Below are positions 48,311-57,147 of a stretch of DNA of 64,000 nucleotides, piece after piece. Each line of letters opens with the position of its first letter. Positions within the stretch are counted from its first letter, which is position 1. The position numbers were made by a program, and so were the translations under genes. Below the pieces are notes generated by a model. That model was not told the origin of the DNA and made no database searches. It saw only the letters and a list, made by a program, of their open reading frames with translations. Source of the DNA: Candidatus Wirthbacteria bacterium (lineage in GTDB: Bacteria > Patescibacteriota > CG2-30-54-11); assembly GCA_903889905.1 (NCBI GenBank), contig CAISZI010000005.1, positions 9,376 to 73,375 of the forward strand, read 5' to 3'.

Positions 48311-48967
48311 ATGGCAGCTTCGGTTTATGCCTTCTTTGGCATCCAGGGCTCCGGCAAAGGTACTCAAGCCAAGCTTTTGGCAGAAGAATTTTTGCTCAAA
48401 CACATCTCGATGGGCGATATGCTGCGGGAAATGGCGGCGTCCGGAAGTTTGCTTGGTCAAAACGTCAAAGAATTGATTGATGCTGGCAATTTGGTACCCA
48501 ACGAAATAATTGTTCAGGTTGCCGAGGAAAGACTGCAAAAACCTGATTGTATCCATGGGATCGTGCTGGACGGATTTATCCGTACCGACGTACAGGCAGT
48601 CGCAATCGATGCCATGTTGAAATCCATTGGTAAACCATTGACCGCAGCAGTCCTAATTGATTTGCCAGAAGCTGAAATTTTTAGTCGTCTGAATGATCGA
48701 CTCTCGTGTCCTGTGGATGGTTCTGTCTATAACTTAAAAACCGCTCCACCCAAACAGGCGGGGATTTGTGATCAGTGTGGTGCTAATCTCTTGCAACGTG
48801 CCGATGATATGGATACCGAATTCATCAAAACCCGCATTCAGCATTTTTATGATTCAACCGGCAAAGCAATCGAATATTTTCGTAGTCTTAATAAGTTAAT
48901 TTCTGTGAATGGGTGTCAACACATCGCAGCGGTTTATCGTGAATTGAAGAGTAAGCTGGGTTTATGA
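48311..48967 (+). CDS. adk: adenylate kinase (Cys/Asp zinc-lid type)
   Basis: P-loop GIQGSGKGTQ and a CPVDG...CDQCG lid. Confidence 0.95.
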   Translation: MAASVYAFFGIQGSGKGTQAKLLAEEFLLKHISMGDMLREMAASGSLLGQNVKELIDAGNLVPNEIIVQVAEERLQKPDCIHGIVLDGFIRTDVQAVAIDAMLKSIGKPLTAAVLIDLPEAEIFSRLNDRLSCPVDGSVYNLKTAPPKQAGICDQCGANLLQRADDMDTEFIKTRIQHFYDSTGKAIEYFRSLNKLISVNGCQHIAAVYRELKSKLGL

Positions 48968-49707
48968 TCAATATTAAATCACCGTCCGAGTTGGAAGCTC
49001 TACGCGAGGCTGGCCAGATTCATCAGGAAGTTATGCATCAGTTGATCTTCTCGGCCAAAGCGGGTATTTCAACTGGGGAGCTCGATCATATCGCGGAAAC
49101 CAGTATTCGTGCTTTTGGTGCAAAAGCATCATTCAAAGGTTATAATGGTTTTCCTGCCTCTATTTGTACATCACTCAATAGTGAAGTTGTACACGGCATA
49201 CCGAGTCCAAAGCGTATTCTGCACTCCGGTGACTTACTCAAACTCGATCTGGGGGTTTTTTATCGTGACATGCATGCGGATGCTGGGAGAACTGTTGGAA
49301 TTGGCGAAATTGCCCCCAATCTGGTCAAATTGGCAAAAGTGACGGAAGAAGCTTTTTGGGTCGCAATCAAAAACATCAAGCCAGGCAATCAACTCAATCT
49401 AATCGGAAAAGCGATCGAATCAATTGTCAAACAACATGGGTTTTCAGTTGTACGGGATTTGATTGGACACGGAGTAGGGCACGACTTGCATGAGGATCCT
49501 GAAATACCGAATTTTTTCCGTCCCGACCAGAAAGTCAAATTAGAACAGGGGATGACCCTTGCGATCGAGCCGATGGTCAATTTGGGTTCCTGGAAAGTCA
49601 AGCAGCTCAAGGATGGTTGGACAATTGTATCGGTTGATGGTAGTGCTTCTGCTTATTATGAAAATACCGTTATTGTTACGGAAAATGGGTACGAAATTGT
49701 TACTTAA
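48964..49707 (+). CDS. map: methionine aminopeptidase type I
   Basis: 247 aa with MAP conservation. Confidence 0.95.
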   Translation: MINIKSPSELEALREAGQIHQEVMHQLIFSAKAGISTGELDHIAETSIRAFGAKASFKGYNGFPASICTSLNSEVVHGIPSPKRILHSGDLLKLDLGVFYRDMHADAGRTVGIGEIAPNLVKLAKVTEEAFWVAIKNIKPGNQLNLIGKAIESIVKQHGFSVVRDLIGHGVGHDLHEDPEIPNFFRPDQKVKLEQGMTLAIEPMVNLGSWKVKQLKDGWTIVSVDGSASAYYENTVIVTENGYEIVT

Positions 49708-49817
49708 AAAGATACTTGCACTGCAATGGGCTTTCGGTTATAATTTCTGCGTTTGTCGAAAAACATCGGCATGGGTATCCCTATCACCTTTTTATAGTCT
49801 TAATATGCCGAGGGTGT

Positions 49818-50045
49818 ATGGCCGGGTCTAAAAAGGAAGCAGCGATTGAGGTGGAAGGGGTAGTTTTGGAGGCTCTTCCTAATGCAATGTTCAAAGTAGA
49901 TTGTGGTAATAATCACATTGTTTTAGCCCACATTTCTGGCAAAATCCGTAAGAATTTCATCCGCATTTTGCCAGGCGACAAAGTTAAACTTGAACTTACT
50001 CCGTATGATTTGACTCGTGGCCGAATTATCTTCCGTTTAAAATAA
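49818..50045 (+). CDS. infA: translation initiation factor IF-1
   Basis: The start is the internal ATG at 49818 ([27 protein letters not shown]...). The ORF-track upstream extension was rejected. Confidence 0.9.
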   Translation: MAGSKKEAAIEVEGVVLEALPNAMFKVDCGNNHIVLAHISGKIRKNFIRILPGDKVKLELTPYDLTRGRIIFRLK

Positions 50046-50051
50046 GGTACT

Positions 50052-50168
50052 ATGAAAGTAAGAGCCTCAATCACCAAACGCTGTAAAGACTGCAAAGTGG
50101 TTATCCGCAAAGGTATCCGCTTCGTTATTTGCAAACGTAATCCTCGTCACAAACAACGTCAGGGTTAG
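50052..50168 (+). CDS. rpmJ: 50S ribosomal protein L36 (zinc ribbon)
   Basis: Translated manually: [38 protein letters not shown] (38 aa). It is too short for the ORF track. Confidence 0.9.
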   Translation: MKVRASITKRCKDCKVVIRKGIRFVICKRNPRHKQRQG

Positions 50169-50191
50169 TTTATTAGAAGGTAAATTAGTAG

Positions 50192-50578
50192 ATGGCTGTA
50201 CGTATTGCAGGTGTTTTGATTCCTGAACAGAAAAAAGTTAAGGTCGCCCTGACCTATATTTTTGGCATTGGACACACAACTTCCGGCAAAATCCTGGGTC
50301 GTGTTGGTATTGATCCCGAAAAGCGTACCCGCGAACTGGAAGAAATGGAAGTCCTGAAACTCAAGGAAGACATCGAAAAGCACTACCAGGTTGAAGGCGA
50401 CTTGCGTCGTGTGATTGGTCTTAATATCAAACGAATGAAAGAAGTGAATTGCTATCGCGGCATTCGCCACAAACAGGGTCTCCCGGTACATGGCCAGAGA
50501 ACCAAGACAAACGCGCGCACCAAACGGGGCCGCCGGGTCTCCGCTGGTAGTGGCAAAAAGAAACTTACCAAAGTATAG
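50192..50578 (+). CDS. rpsM: 30S ribosomal protein S13
   Basis: 128 aa with S13 conservation. Confidence 0.95.
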   Translation: MAVRIAGVLIPEQKKVKVALTYIFGIGHTTSGKILGRVGIDPEKRTRELEEMEVLKLKEDIEKHYQVEGDLRRVIGLNIKRMKEVNCYRGIRHKQGLPVHGQRTKTNARTKRGRRVSAGSGKKKLTKV

Positions 50579-50607
50579 TCGATCAATTTTTTATAAAGTA
50601 TCAACAA

Positions 50608-51006
50608 ATGGCTGGTTCTACCAAGACAACTGTAACTAAAAAGAGAGTCAAAAAAGTCAGCTCACCGCTGGGCCGTTTATATGTTCAGTCAAGCCTGAAT
50701 AATACAATTGTCACCATCACCGATAATGAAGGCAATACCATATCGTGGGGATCGAGTGGTGCTGGTGGTTTCAAAGGCTCCCGGAAGTCAACGCCGTATG
50801 CAGGCCAAATCGCTGCGACGAAAGCCGCCGAAGTTGCATTAGAGCGTGGGCTCAAGGAAGTTTCCGTCTTTCTTAAGGGAATTGGTGCCGGACGTGAGTC
50901 AGCTGTCCGTGCCGTTCGTGCAGCCGGGTTGGCTGTCAATTCCATCGCTGATGTTACACCTGTTCCACACAATGGCTGCCGCCCCAAAAAGGCTCGCCGC
51001 GTTTAA
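50608..51006 (+). CDS. rpsK: 30S ribosomal protein S11
   Basis: 132 aa with S11 conservation. Confidence 0.95.
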   Translation: MAGSTKTTVTKKRVKKVSSPLGRLYVQSSLNNTIVTITDNEGNTISWGSSGAGGFKGSRKSTPYAGQIAATKAAEVALERGLKEVSVFLKGIGAGRESAVRAVRAAGLAVNSIADVTPVPHNGCRPKKARRV

Positions 51007-51028
51007 CCAAGTTGGAGGATAGAAATTC

Positions 51029-51652
51029 ATGGCAAGATATTTAGGTGGTGTTTGCAAGCTGTGTCGTCGTGAAGGGGAAAAGCTATTTTTGAAGGGCGAT
51101 CGCTGCTTTACCAGCAAATGCGGTATTGAAAAGCGTAATTTTCCCCCGGGTCAGCATACACGCCGCGTCAGACCTTCTGACTTTGGTTTGCAGCTCAGGG
51201 AGAAACAGAAAGCCAAGCGGATTTATGGTGTTTTGGAAAAACAATTTAAAGGCTACTATAGCAAAGCTGCGCGTGCCAAAGGTGTTACGGGCACCAAAAT
51301 GCTTGAAATGCTTGAGTGCCGTTTGGATAACATCGTCTATCGTTTGGGTTGGGGGTCGTCACGTAATTTGTCCCGCCAGATGATTTCCCATGGCCACATC
51401 AAGGTGAATGATGAAGTTGTCAGCACAGCTTCATTCCAGGCTCGCCCTGGAGATAAAATCACATTAGTTTCCCAAGAGGGAAAAGATATGGCGACGCTGT
51501 TTGCTGCCAAACAAAAGCATAAAGTTCCAGCTTGGCTATCTGAAGCCAAAGTAGGTAATAAATTATCGAGTGAAGTCCTGAGGATGCCCGCACGCGATGA
51601 AATTGAAGCCTCCGTTCACGAGCAATTAATTGTTGAGTATTATTCTCGGTAG
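51029..51652 (+). CDS. rpsD: 30S ribosomal protein S4
   Basis: 207 aa with an N-terminal C4 zinc motif. Confidence 0.95.
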   Translation: MARYLGGVCKLCRREGEKLFLKGDRCFTSKCGIEKRNFPPGQHTRRVRPSDFGLQLREKQKAKRIYGVLEKQFKGYYSKAARAKGVTGTKMLEMLECRLDNIVYRLGWGSSRNLSRQMISHGHIKVNDEVVSTASFQARPGDKITLVSQEGKDMATLFAAKQKHKVPAWLSEAKVGNKLSSEVLRMPARDEIEASVHEQLIVEYYSR

Positions 51653-51681
51653 ACTTTTACCGGTATCAAGGAGGAAATAGC

Positions 51682-52659
51682 GTGCAATCATCCATTCTTC
51701 CCAAGCTTAAAATTGCCAGTGAATCCAAGGACTTTGGCATTTTTGAAATTGAGCCATTGGAAAATACTTATGGCATTACAGTCGGTAATTCTTTGCGCCG
51801 TGCGCTGCTTTCGGCAATTCCTGGCATTGCCATAACTTCCATCCGGATCAAAGGAATCATGCATGAATTCTCGACTATTGATGGCATGCGTGAAGATGTC
51901 CTTGATTTCATCCTCAACGTCAAACAGATCCGCTTGAAAAAGCTTCAGGATTTTGACAAATCAGTGACATTGACTTTGACGCACAAGGGTGAAGGTACAC
52001 TTACAGCCAAAGACATTGAATGTCCCTCTGAAGTCGAAATTGTCAACAAAGATCTTTATCTCACCAAAATTTCCGACAAAAAAACCATCTTTGAAGCTGA
52101 ATTCGTTGTCGAAGAAGGTCGTGGTTACTGGTCGGTTGAAGATCGCCAACTTGCCCGCAAGAAAGCAGTTGATTTTATTCCAGTTGATGCGCTGTTTACG
52201 CCTGTAACAAAAGTTAATTTCCGGGTTGAGCCTACCCGTGTCGGCCAGTCCAGCGATTATGACAAATTAATCATTGAATTGGGTACGGATGGTAGTCTTG
52301 CTCCCATCAAGGCGATCAATCTGGCCGCAGCCATCCTGGTTGAACATTTTTCATTGTTTGTGAATGAAAAAAATTACAAACCTGAAATTTTGGATTTGTC
52401 AGAAGACTCAGCTGGTGAGGCTAACCTGCAGATTGCTGCCCCGGCAGCTCATTTGCCGGTCGATATGACGATCGAGGATCTGGGACTTTCGACACGCGTT
52501 CTCAACAGTTTACATGCAGCCAATATTAATACGGTAACTGAGCTCATTGAGTGCAATGCTGAAGATTTGACTAAACTGAAGAATTTTGGTCAAAAATCAT
52601 TGCGCGAAATCGAGGAACAACTCAATGAACGTCATTTAAGTCTGAAGAAAGGAGAGTAG
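51682..52659 (+). CDS. rpoA: DNA-directed RNA polymerase alpha subunit (GTG start)
   Basis: 325 aa with N-terminal and C-terminal alpha domains. GGAGG lies upstream of the GTG. Confidence 0.95.
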   Translation: MQSSILPKLKIASESKDFGIFEIEPLENTYGITVGNSLRRALLSAIPGIAITSIRIKGIMHEFSTIDGMREDVLDFILNVKQIRLKKLQDFDKSVTLTLTHKGEGTLTAKDIECPSEVEIVNKDLYLTKISDKKTIFEAEFVVEEGRGYWSVEDRQLARKKAVDFIPVDALFTPVTKVNFRVEPTRVGQSSDYDKLIIELGTDGSLAPIKAINLAAAILVEHFSLFVNEKNYKPEILDLSEDSAGEANLQIAAPAAHLPVDMTIEDLGLSTRVLNSLHAANINTVTELIECNAEDLTKLKNFGQKSLREIEEQLNERHLSLKKGE

Positions 52660-52665
52660 GGGGTA

Positions 52666-53031
52666 ATGAAGCACCAAATGAGTCAGCGTAAATTAGGTCG
52701 GACAGCCAAGCATCGCATGGCTATGCTCAAGAATCTTGCTATTTCAGTGTTTTTGTATGAAAAAGTTGATACAACCGAACCGAAATCCAAGGAAGTTCGT
52801 AAAATTGTTGAAACTTTGATCACCAAAGCCAAAGATAATTCATTGCATTCCAGAAGGCAGATAATGTCGTATCTAAGCAACAATGAAATAGCTACTAAGA
52901 AGATTTTTGAGGTCCTGGTACCAAGATTTCAAAATCGCCCAGGCGGTTATACACGCTTGGTCAAAACAGGGTTTCGGGATGGCGACAATGCGCCTACCGC
53001 TCAACTTAGTTTAATTACGGACGAAAAGTAG
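52666..53031 (+). CDS. rplQ: 50S ribosomal protein L17
   Basis: 121 aa with L17 conservation. Confidence 0.93.
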   Translation: MKHQMSQRKLGRTAKHRMAMLKNLAISVFLYEKVDTTEPKSKEVRKIVETLITKAKDNSLHSRRQIMSYLSNNEIATKKIFEVLVPRFQNRPGGYTRLVKTGFRDGDNAPTAQLSLITDEK

Positions 53032-53032
53032 C

Positions 53033-53440
53033 ATGACAGTTAAAACTCAACACGATCATCAAATGTCCCAGAAACGGGAAAAGCATACATTAGATGCAAC
53101 AGGCGTCTCCCTTGGACGTTTGGCGTCTGAAGTTGCTAAGCACCTGATGGGTAAGCACAAAATAACCTTCAGCTACCATGTCGATTCTGGAGACCATGTT
53201 ATGGTCACCAATATTCAGGCCGTACGCGTAACCGGTACGAAGCCTACTGACAAGATCTATTACCACCACAGCGAATTCATGGGTGGCCTGAAGCAGATTG
53301 ATTACAAGACACTAGCCATTAAAAAACCTGGTGAAGCGTTGCGACTTGCCGTCAAGGGTATGTTACCCCGGACCAAGTTAGGTACTGATATGCTTAGACG
53401 GCTTAAAATTCAGAGTGGGGAAGTGTCCTCCAGTAAATAG
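53033..53440 (+). CDS. rplM: 50S ribosomal protein L13
   Basis: 135 aa with L13 conservation. Confidence 0.93.
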   Translation: MTVKTQHDHQMSQKREKHTLDATGVSLGRLASEVAKHLMGKHKITFSYHVDSGDHVMVTNIQAVRVTGTKPTDKIYYHHSEFMGGLKQIDYKTLAIKKPGEALRLAVKGMLPRTKLGTDMLRRLKIQSGEVSSSK

Positions 53441-53469
53441 TATATTTTCAAAATAGGATTAGCACCGCC

Positions 53470-53886
53470 ATGAAGGATCTTAAACCAACCAGCAAGAGAA
53501 CTTACTATCCCGGGTTAGGCAGACGTAAATCAGCCGTTGCACGGGTTCGTTTACACATGGGTGGAACGGGCAAAATGACGGTTAATGAACGTCCGATTGA
53601 AGAATATATTAATATTCAGCACTTACGTCAGGAAACACTCTTGCCACTAGATCTGGTTGGTCAATTGAGTGCCTACGATGTCACTGTCAAGGTTGTTGGT
53701 GGTGGTTACCATGCTCAGACTATTGCGATTCAATTGGGCATTGCCCGTGCATTGCTTCAGGCTGATGAGGGATTTCGCAAAGTTTTGCGCGGCAATCAGT
53801 TGCTGACGACGGATGCCCGGGTCAAGGAACGTAAAAAACCAGGTCTTGTTAAAGCCCGCAAAGCCAAACAGTATACCAAACGTTAA
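53470..53886 (+). CDS. rpsI: 30S ribosomal protein S9
   Basis: 138 aa, ends KQYTKR. Confidence 0.95.
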   Translation: MKDLKPTSKRTYYPGLGRRKSAVARVRLHMGGTGKMTVNERPIEEYINIQHLRQETLLPLDLVGQLSAYDVTVKVVGGGYHAQTIAIQLGIARALLQADEGFRKVLRGNQLLTTDARVKERKKPGLVKARKAKQYTKR

Positions 53887-53903
53887 TTTTCTCGTTTCAA
53901 AAT

Positions 53904-53931
53904 AAGCCCTGAGAAATCGGGGCTTTTTTTG
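53904..53931 (+). terminator. intrinsic terminator after rpsI
   Basis: aagccc-tgagaaatcg-gggctt stem-loop followed by ttttttt. Confidence 0.75.
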
Positions 53932-53944
53932 AAAGTCTTTCGAC

Positions 53945-53973
53945 TTGCAGATACTGGCATCGCAACGTAAAAT
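53945..53973 (+). promoter_or_regulatory. promoter for tRNA-Glu (TTGCAG-17-TAAAAT)
   Basis: -35 at 53945-50 and -10 at 53968-73. The tRNA 5' end lies 14 nt downstream. Confidence 0.45.
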
Positions 53974-53987
53974 AGCTGTTGTGTTTG

Positions 53988-54063
53988 GCCCCCATCGTCT
54001 AGTGGCCTAGGACGCGGCCCTCTCAAGGCTGAAACAGGGGTTCGATTCCCCTTGGGGGCGCCA
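53988..54063 (+). tRNA. tRNA-Glu (anticodon CUC)
   Basis: Manual cloverleaf. The 7-bp acceptor gccccca/tgggggc, the T-arm GGGGTTCGATTCCCC, the anticodon loop cUCUCAAg and the encoded CCA all fit. Overall it closely resembles E. coli tRNA-Glu. Confidence 0.85.
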
Positions 54064-54230
54064 TAAAGCTTGACTTGGTGAATCTGTGAACCTTAGTCAA
54101 ACTTATCGCTGCAAGACCGTATTCGGGCTGGAAGGGATCTTTCGCTCCAGATAGTCTGCTCAACGCAGAAGAGCTACGAATGGCAGGCCATAAAGGTTGA
54201 CTTAATGAGTCCGCAAATTTAGTCGAATTG
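54061..54230 (+). repeat. pair of ~43-nt direct repeats (each an internal TTGACT-N21-AGTCaA inverted repeat) flanking a hairpin, immediately 3' of tRNA-Glu
   Basis: 54061-54104 and 54188-54230 are about 70% identical. Both start with CCATAAAG; the first copy starts in the tRNA CCA end. Confidence 0.5.
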
Positions 54231-54281
54231 ATAAAGATTTTATAAGACTTAAGCAGAGATGCCTAAGTTTTTTTGTATGAG

Positions 54282-54578
54282 TTATGAATCGGAAGGAATT
54301 TGGCTGTACTGAATGCCCTGCATAGCCTTTTTGAGGTCCATGTCTGTGGTCATTCGGTCAAGCATGTCTTTGAAGGATTTGAAGCCACTCAGGGGCATTG
54401 CAATGCGTGTGTGGACATAAATGGTCGCATTGTTGCTGGGATCTTCAACACCAAACGAAAATATCACACTTTCATTGTTTAATGTTGCCAAAATGCGTGT
54501 GGCGAAACGTGGAGCGTCGGTTGGCATGACAAAATTCTGTGAAACTGGTTTGACGGGAGAGTCAGATCCATTGGCCAT
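54282..54578 (-). CDS. small hypothetical protein, DUF3467-like
   Basis: 98 aa. The weak pattern similarity (FATRILATLNNESVIFSFGVEDP...TRIAMPLSGFKSF) is recalled from memory. It lies downstream of metK on the same strand. Confidence 0.45.
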   Translation of the reverse strand: MANGSDSPVKPVSQNFVMPTDAPRFATRILATLNNESVIFSFGVEDPSNNATIYVHTRIAMPLSGFKSFKDMLDRMTTDMDLKKAMQGIQYSQIPSDS

Positions 54579-54648
54579 AGGTAATCCTGATTAATAATAT
54601 AAGAAACAATGAATTCGCATAATGTCGTAAAAGATATATTGTGCGACG

Positions 54649-55797
54649 TTAAGCTGTTGCTTGACCAGACATGATGTTAATCCTCTGGTTTTGGCTGATT
54701 AGTCGCTCCCAGGGAAATTCGGTTCGACCAAAGTGGCCATAACACGCAGTTTGGGTGTAAATGGGTTGGCGCAGATCAAAATAATCAATAATTTCATGTA
54801 CAGACAAATCCAGCAGATCAAAGGCAAATTTTTCTAGCTCCCATGAACTGATTTTTGCTGTTCCAAAGGTTTCAATTGACTTAGTAATGGGTTCTTTTTG
54901 ACCAATAACGTATGCAATCTGAACCTCACAGCGGTCAGCCAGTCCTTTGGCGACAACATTTTTGGCAATAAAACGGGCGGCGTAGGCTGCACTGCGGTCG
55001 ACTTTGGTTGGATCTTTGCCGGAAAAAGCGCCTCCCCCATGTCTTCCCATCGCGCCATAGGTATCGACGATGGTTTTGCGGCCAGTCATGCCACTATCTG
55101 CCGTTGGACCATGAATGACCCAGGGGCCGGCACCGTTGACCACAATCTGCGCATGTTTGGAAGATATTTGATGGTTATTTAAGACTGGTTCAATGACTTG
55201 TTTTTGTAAGTCTGCTGTTAATTGAGCCTGGGTTATTCCCGGCGCATGAGGAACTGCAATAACAATTCTTTCGATCGAACTGGGATGATTGTAGTCATAT
55301 TTGACGACCGTTTCGGTTTTGCCATCGGGTCTCAAGTACGGAATGGCTTGGTTCTGTCTGGCCTGATCCATGCCTTGTGCCAGCGCGTGGGAAATCATAA
55401 TGGGGAGTGGCATAAGCTGAGGCGTTTCGTTACAGGCATAGCCAAACATCATGCCCTGGTCGCCGGCGCCGCCCTGGTCTACCCCACCACCGATTTCGGC
55501 AGATTGTTTGGTCAAAAGCAGTTGGATTTCACAGTTACTATGAAATTCGGTCGTGTTGTCCAGATAACCAATGTCTTTTATTTTTTGGCGAGCAACCTGG
55601 TCAAAATCAACGTCCGCGTTGGTCGTGATCTCGCCCATGATGATCAGGGATTTACTTTTGACCATACAATCTACCGCAACTCTAGCCTTGGGATCTTTGG
55701 CCAGAATTGCGTCCAAAATCGCATCAGAAATCTGGTCGCAGACTTTGTCCGGATGCCCGTTGGATACCGATTCCGAGGAAAAGTATCGGTAATTCAT
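54649..55797 (-). CDS. metK: S-adenosylmethionine synthetase
   Basis: The start was moved to the ATG at 55797 (MNYRYFSSESVSNGHPDKVCDQISD...), which has GGAG upstream. The GAGDQG and GGGAFSGKD motifs are present. Confidence 0.95.
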   Translation of the reverse strand: MNYRYFSSESVSNGHPDKVCDQISDAILDAILAKDPKARVAVDCMVKSKSLIIMGEITTNADVDFDQVARQKIKDIGYLDNTTEFHSNCEIQLLLTKQSAEIGGGVDQGGAGDQGMMFGYACNETPQLMPLPIMISHALAQGMDQARQNQAIPYLRPDGKTETVVKYDYNHPSSIERIVIAVPHAPGITQAQLTADLQKQVIEPVLNNHQISSKHAQIVVNGAGPWVIHGPTADSGMTGRKTIVDTYGAMGRHGGGAFSGKDPTKVDRSAAYAARFIAKNVVAKGLADRCEVQIAYVIGQKEPITKSIETFGTAKISSWELEKFAFDLLDLSVHEIIDYFDLRQPIYTQTACYGHFGRTEFPWERLISQNQRINIMSGQATA

Positions 55798-55855
55798 ATT
55801 CAACTCCAAAAAAAATGAACCAAACATACAAATGTCGGGCTCATTTGTTGGCTGC

Positions 55856-55884
55856 ACTTTAAGCTGAAAACATTAAATCGTCAA
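55856..55884 (-). promoter_or_regulatory. promoter for metK (TTGACG-17-TAAAGT on minus strand)
   Basis: Followed in the leader by the hairpin acaaatg-agcccga-catttgt (55828-55848) and a U8 run (forward ccaaaaaaaa, 55806-55815) just before the RBS. Confidence 0.4.
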
Positions 55885-55944
55885 GACCCGCTTCCCGTGA
55901 GCCTGCGACTAAGGTAGTATGTCATTATATTATGGGAGGAAATT

Positions 55945-57144
55945 ATGTACCAACCAAATGCAAATATTTTAACTAAATATGGCAATTTACTCGTTAATTT
56001 TGCCCTCAATAGTGGCAAAGGAGTCAAAAAGGACGAGGTCGTCATGGTTTCGATTCCCGATGTGGCCAAACCCTTGCTTGGACCACTGCAAAAGGCGATC
56101 TTGCTGGCTGGCGGTCATCCGCTCATCCGAATGTATCCCACTGGTATTGCAAGCGATTTTTTTAGCTTAGCGCAGGACTTTCAACTGGAATTTTTCCCCC
56201 AGAAGTATGAAAAAGCGCGCGTCGAACTGATCCATCACAGTATCCATATTATCGCCGAACCGGATCCTCTGGAGTTGAAGAAAATCGATCCACGTAAAAT
56301 CATTCTGCACCGTAATTCCCGGAACAAGGTAATGGATTGGCTGACGACAAAAGAAAATGCAGGTAATTACACCTGGACACTGGCTGCCTTTGCAACCGAA
56401 GGCATGGCCGCGCAGGCCGGGTTAACTTTAAGGCAGTACTGGACGCAGATCATCAAAGGTTGCTATCTGGATAGCACGGATCCGATTGCGGAATGGCAAG
56501 GCATTTTCAAAGAACAGGAACGCCTCAAGGTTAAGCTGGACGGAATGGAGATTGAACAAGTGCATGTGGAATCCAAAAGCATTGATTTGTGGGTCAAAAT
56601 CGGCAGAAACAGGGCATGGAATGGTGGAACCGGGCGCAATATCCCGAGCTTTGAAATCTTCACCAGTCCGGATTGGCGCGGCACACATGGATTTATTCAT
56701 TTTAACCAGCCGCTTTATCGTTATGGCAACTTGATCAAGGGAATTTATTTGGAGTTCAAAGACGGGAAAGTTGTTGCGGCCAGTGCCGACCAAGGCAATA
56801 AACTACTGCAGGAAATGCTCAAGAGCAAAAACGCCAATAAACTGGGCGAATTTTCACTCACCGACCATCGTTATTCACGCATAGAAAAATTCATGGCCGA
56901 TACTCTCTTTGACGAAAATATCGGCGGTAGATACGGCAACATGCACGTCGCGATCGGGCGTGCCTATCGGGACTGTTTCAAAGGCGATCCAGCGCAGATC
57001 AGCGAAAACGAGTGGGATAAAATGGGTTACAATAATTCACCCGAGCACACGGATATCATCACCACCGAAGATCGCACTGTGACGGCATATTTGCCTAATC
57101 AGCGAATTAAAGTCATCTATCGGGATGGCAAATTTCTGGTCTGA
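55945..57144 (+). CDS. aminopeptidase, M29 (AmpS/aminopeptidase T) family
   Basis: 399 aa. The N-terminus TKYGNLLVNFALNSGKGVKKDEVVMVS and overall length are typical of peptidase M29. Confidence 0.75.
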   Translation: MYQPNANILTKYGNLLVNFALNSGKGVKKDEVVMVSIPDVAKPLLGPLQKAILLAGGHPLIRMYPTGIASDFFSLAQDFQLEFFPQKYEKARVELIHHSIHIIAEPDPLELKKIDPRKIILHRNSRNKVMDWLTTKENAGNYTWTLAAFATEGMAAQAGLTLRQYWTQIIKGCYLDSTDPIAEWQGIFKEQERLKVKLDGMEIEQVHVESKSIDLWVKIGRNRAWNGGTGRNIPSFEIFTSPDWRGTHGFIHFNQPLYRYGNLIKGIYLEFKDGKVVAASADQGNKLLQEMLKSKNANKLGEFSLTDHRYSRIEKFMADTLFDENIGGRYGNMHVAIGRAYRDCFKGDPAQISENEWDKMGYNNSPEHTDIITTEDRTVTAYLPNQRIKVIYRDGKFLV

Positions 57145-57147
57145 CGA

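Noticed and set aside
54105-54187. Possible degenerate second tRNA or tRNA fragment between the two repeat copies
   Set aside because: Only a 5-bp acceptor-like pairing could be formed, with no D- or T-arm consensus. It is not a tRNA.
55798-55944. SAM-I (S-box) riboswitch upstream of metK
   Set aside because: The leader is too short (~60 nt) and lacks the conserved S-box helices.
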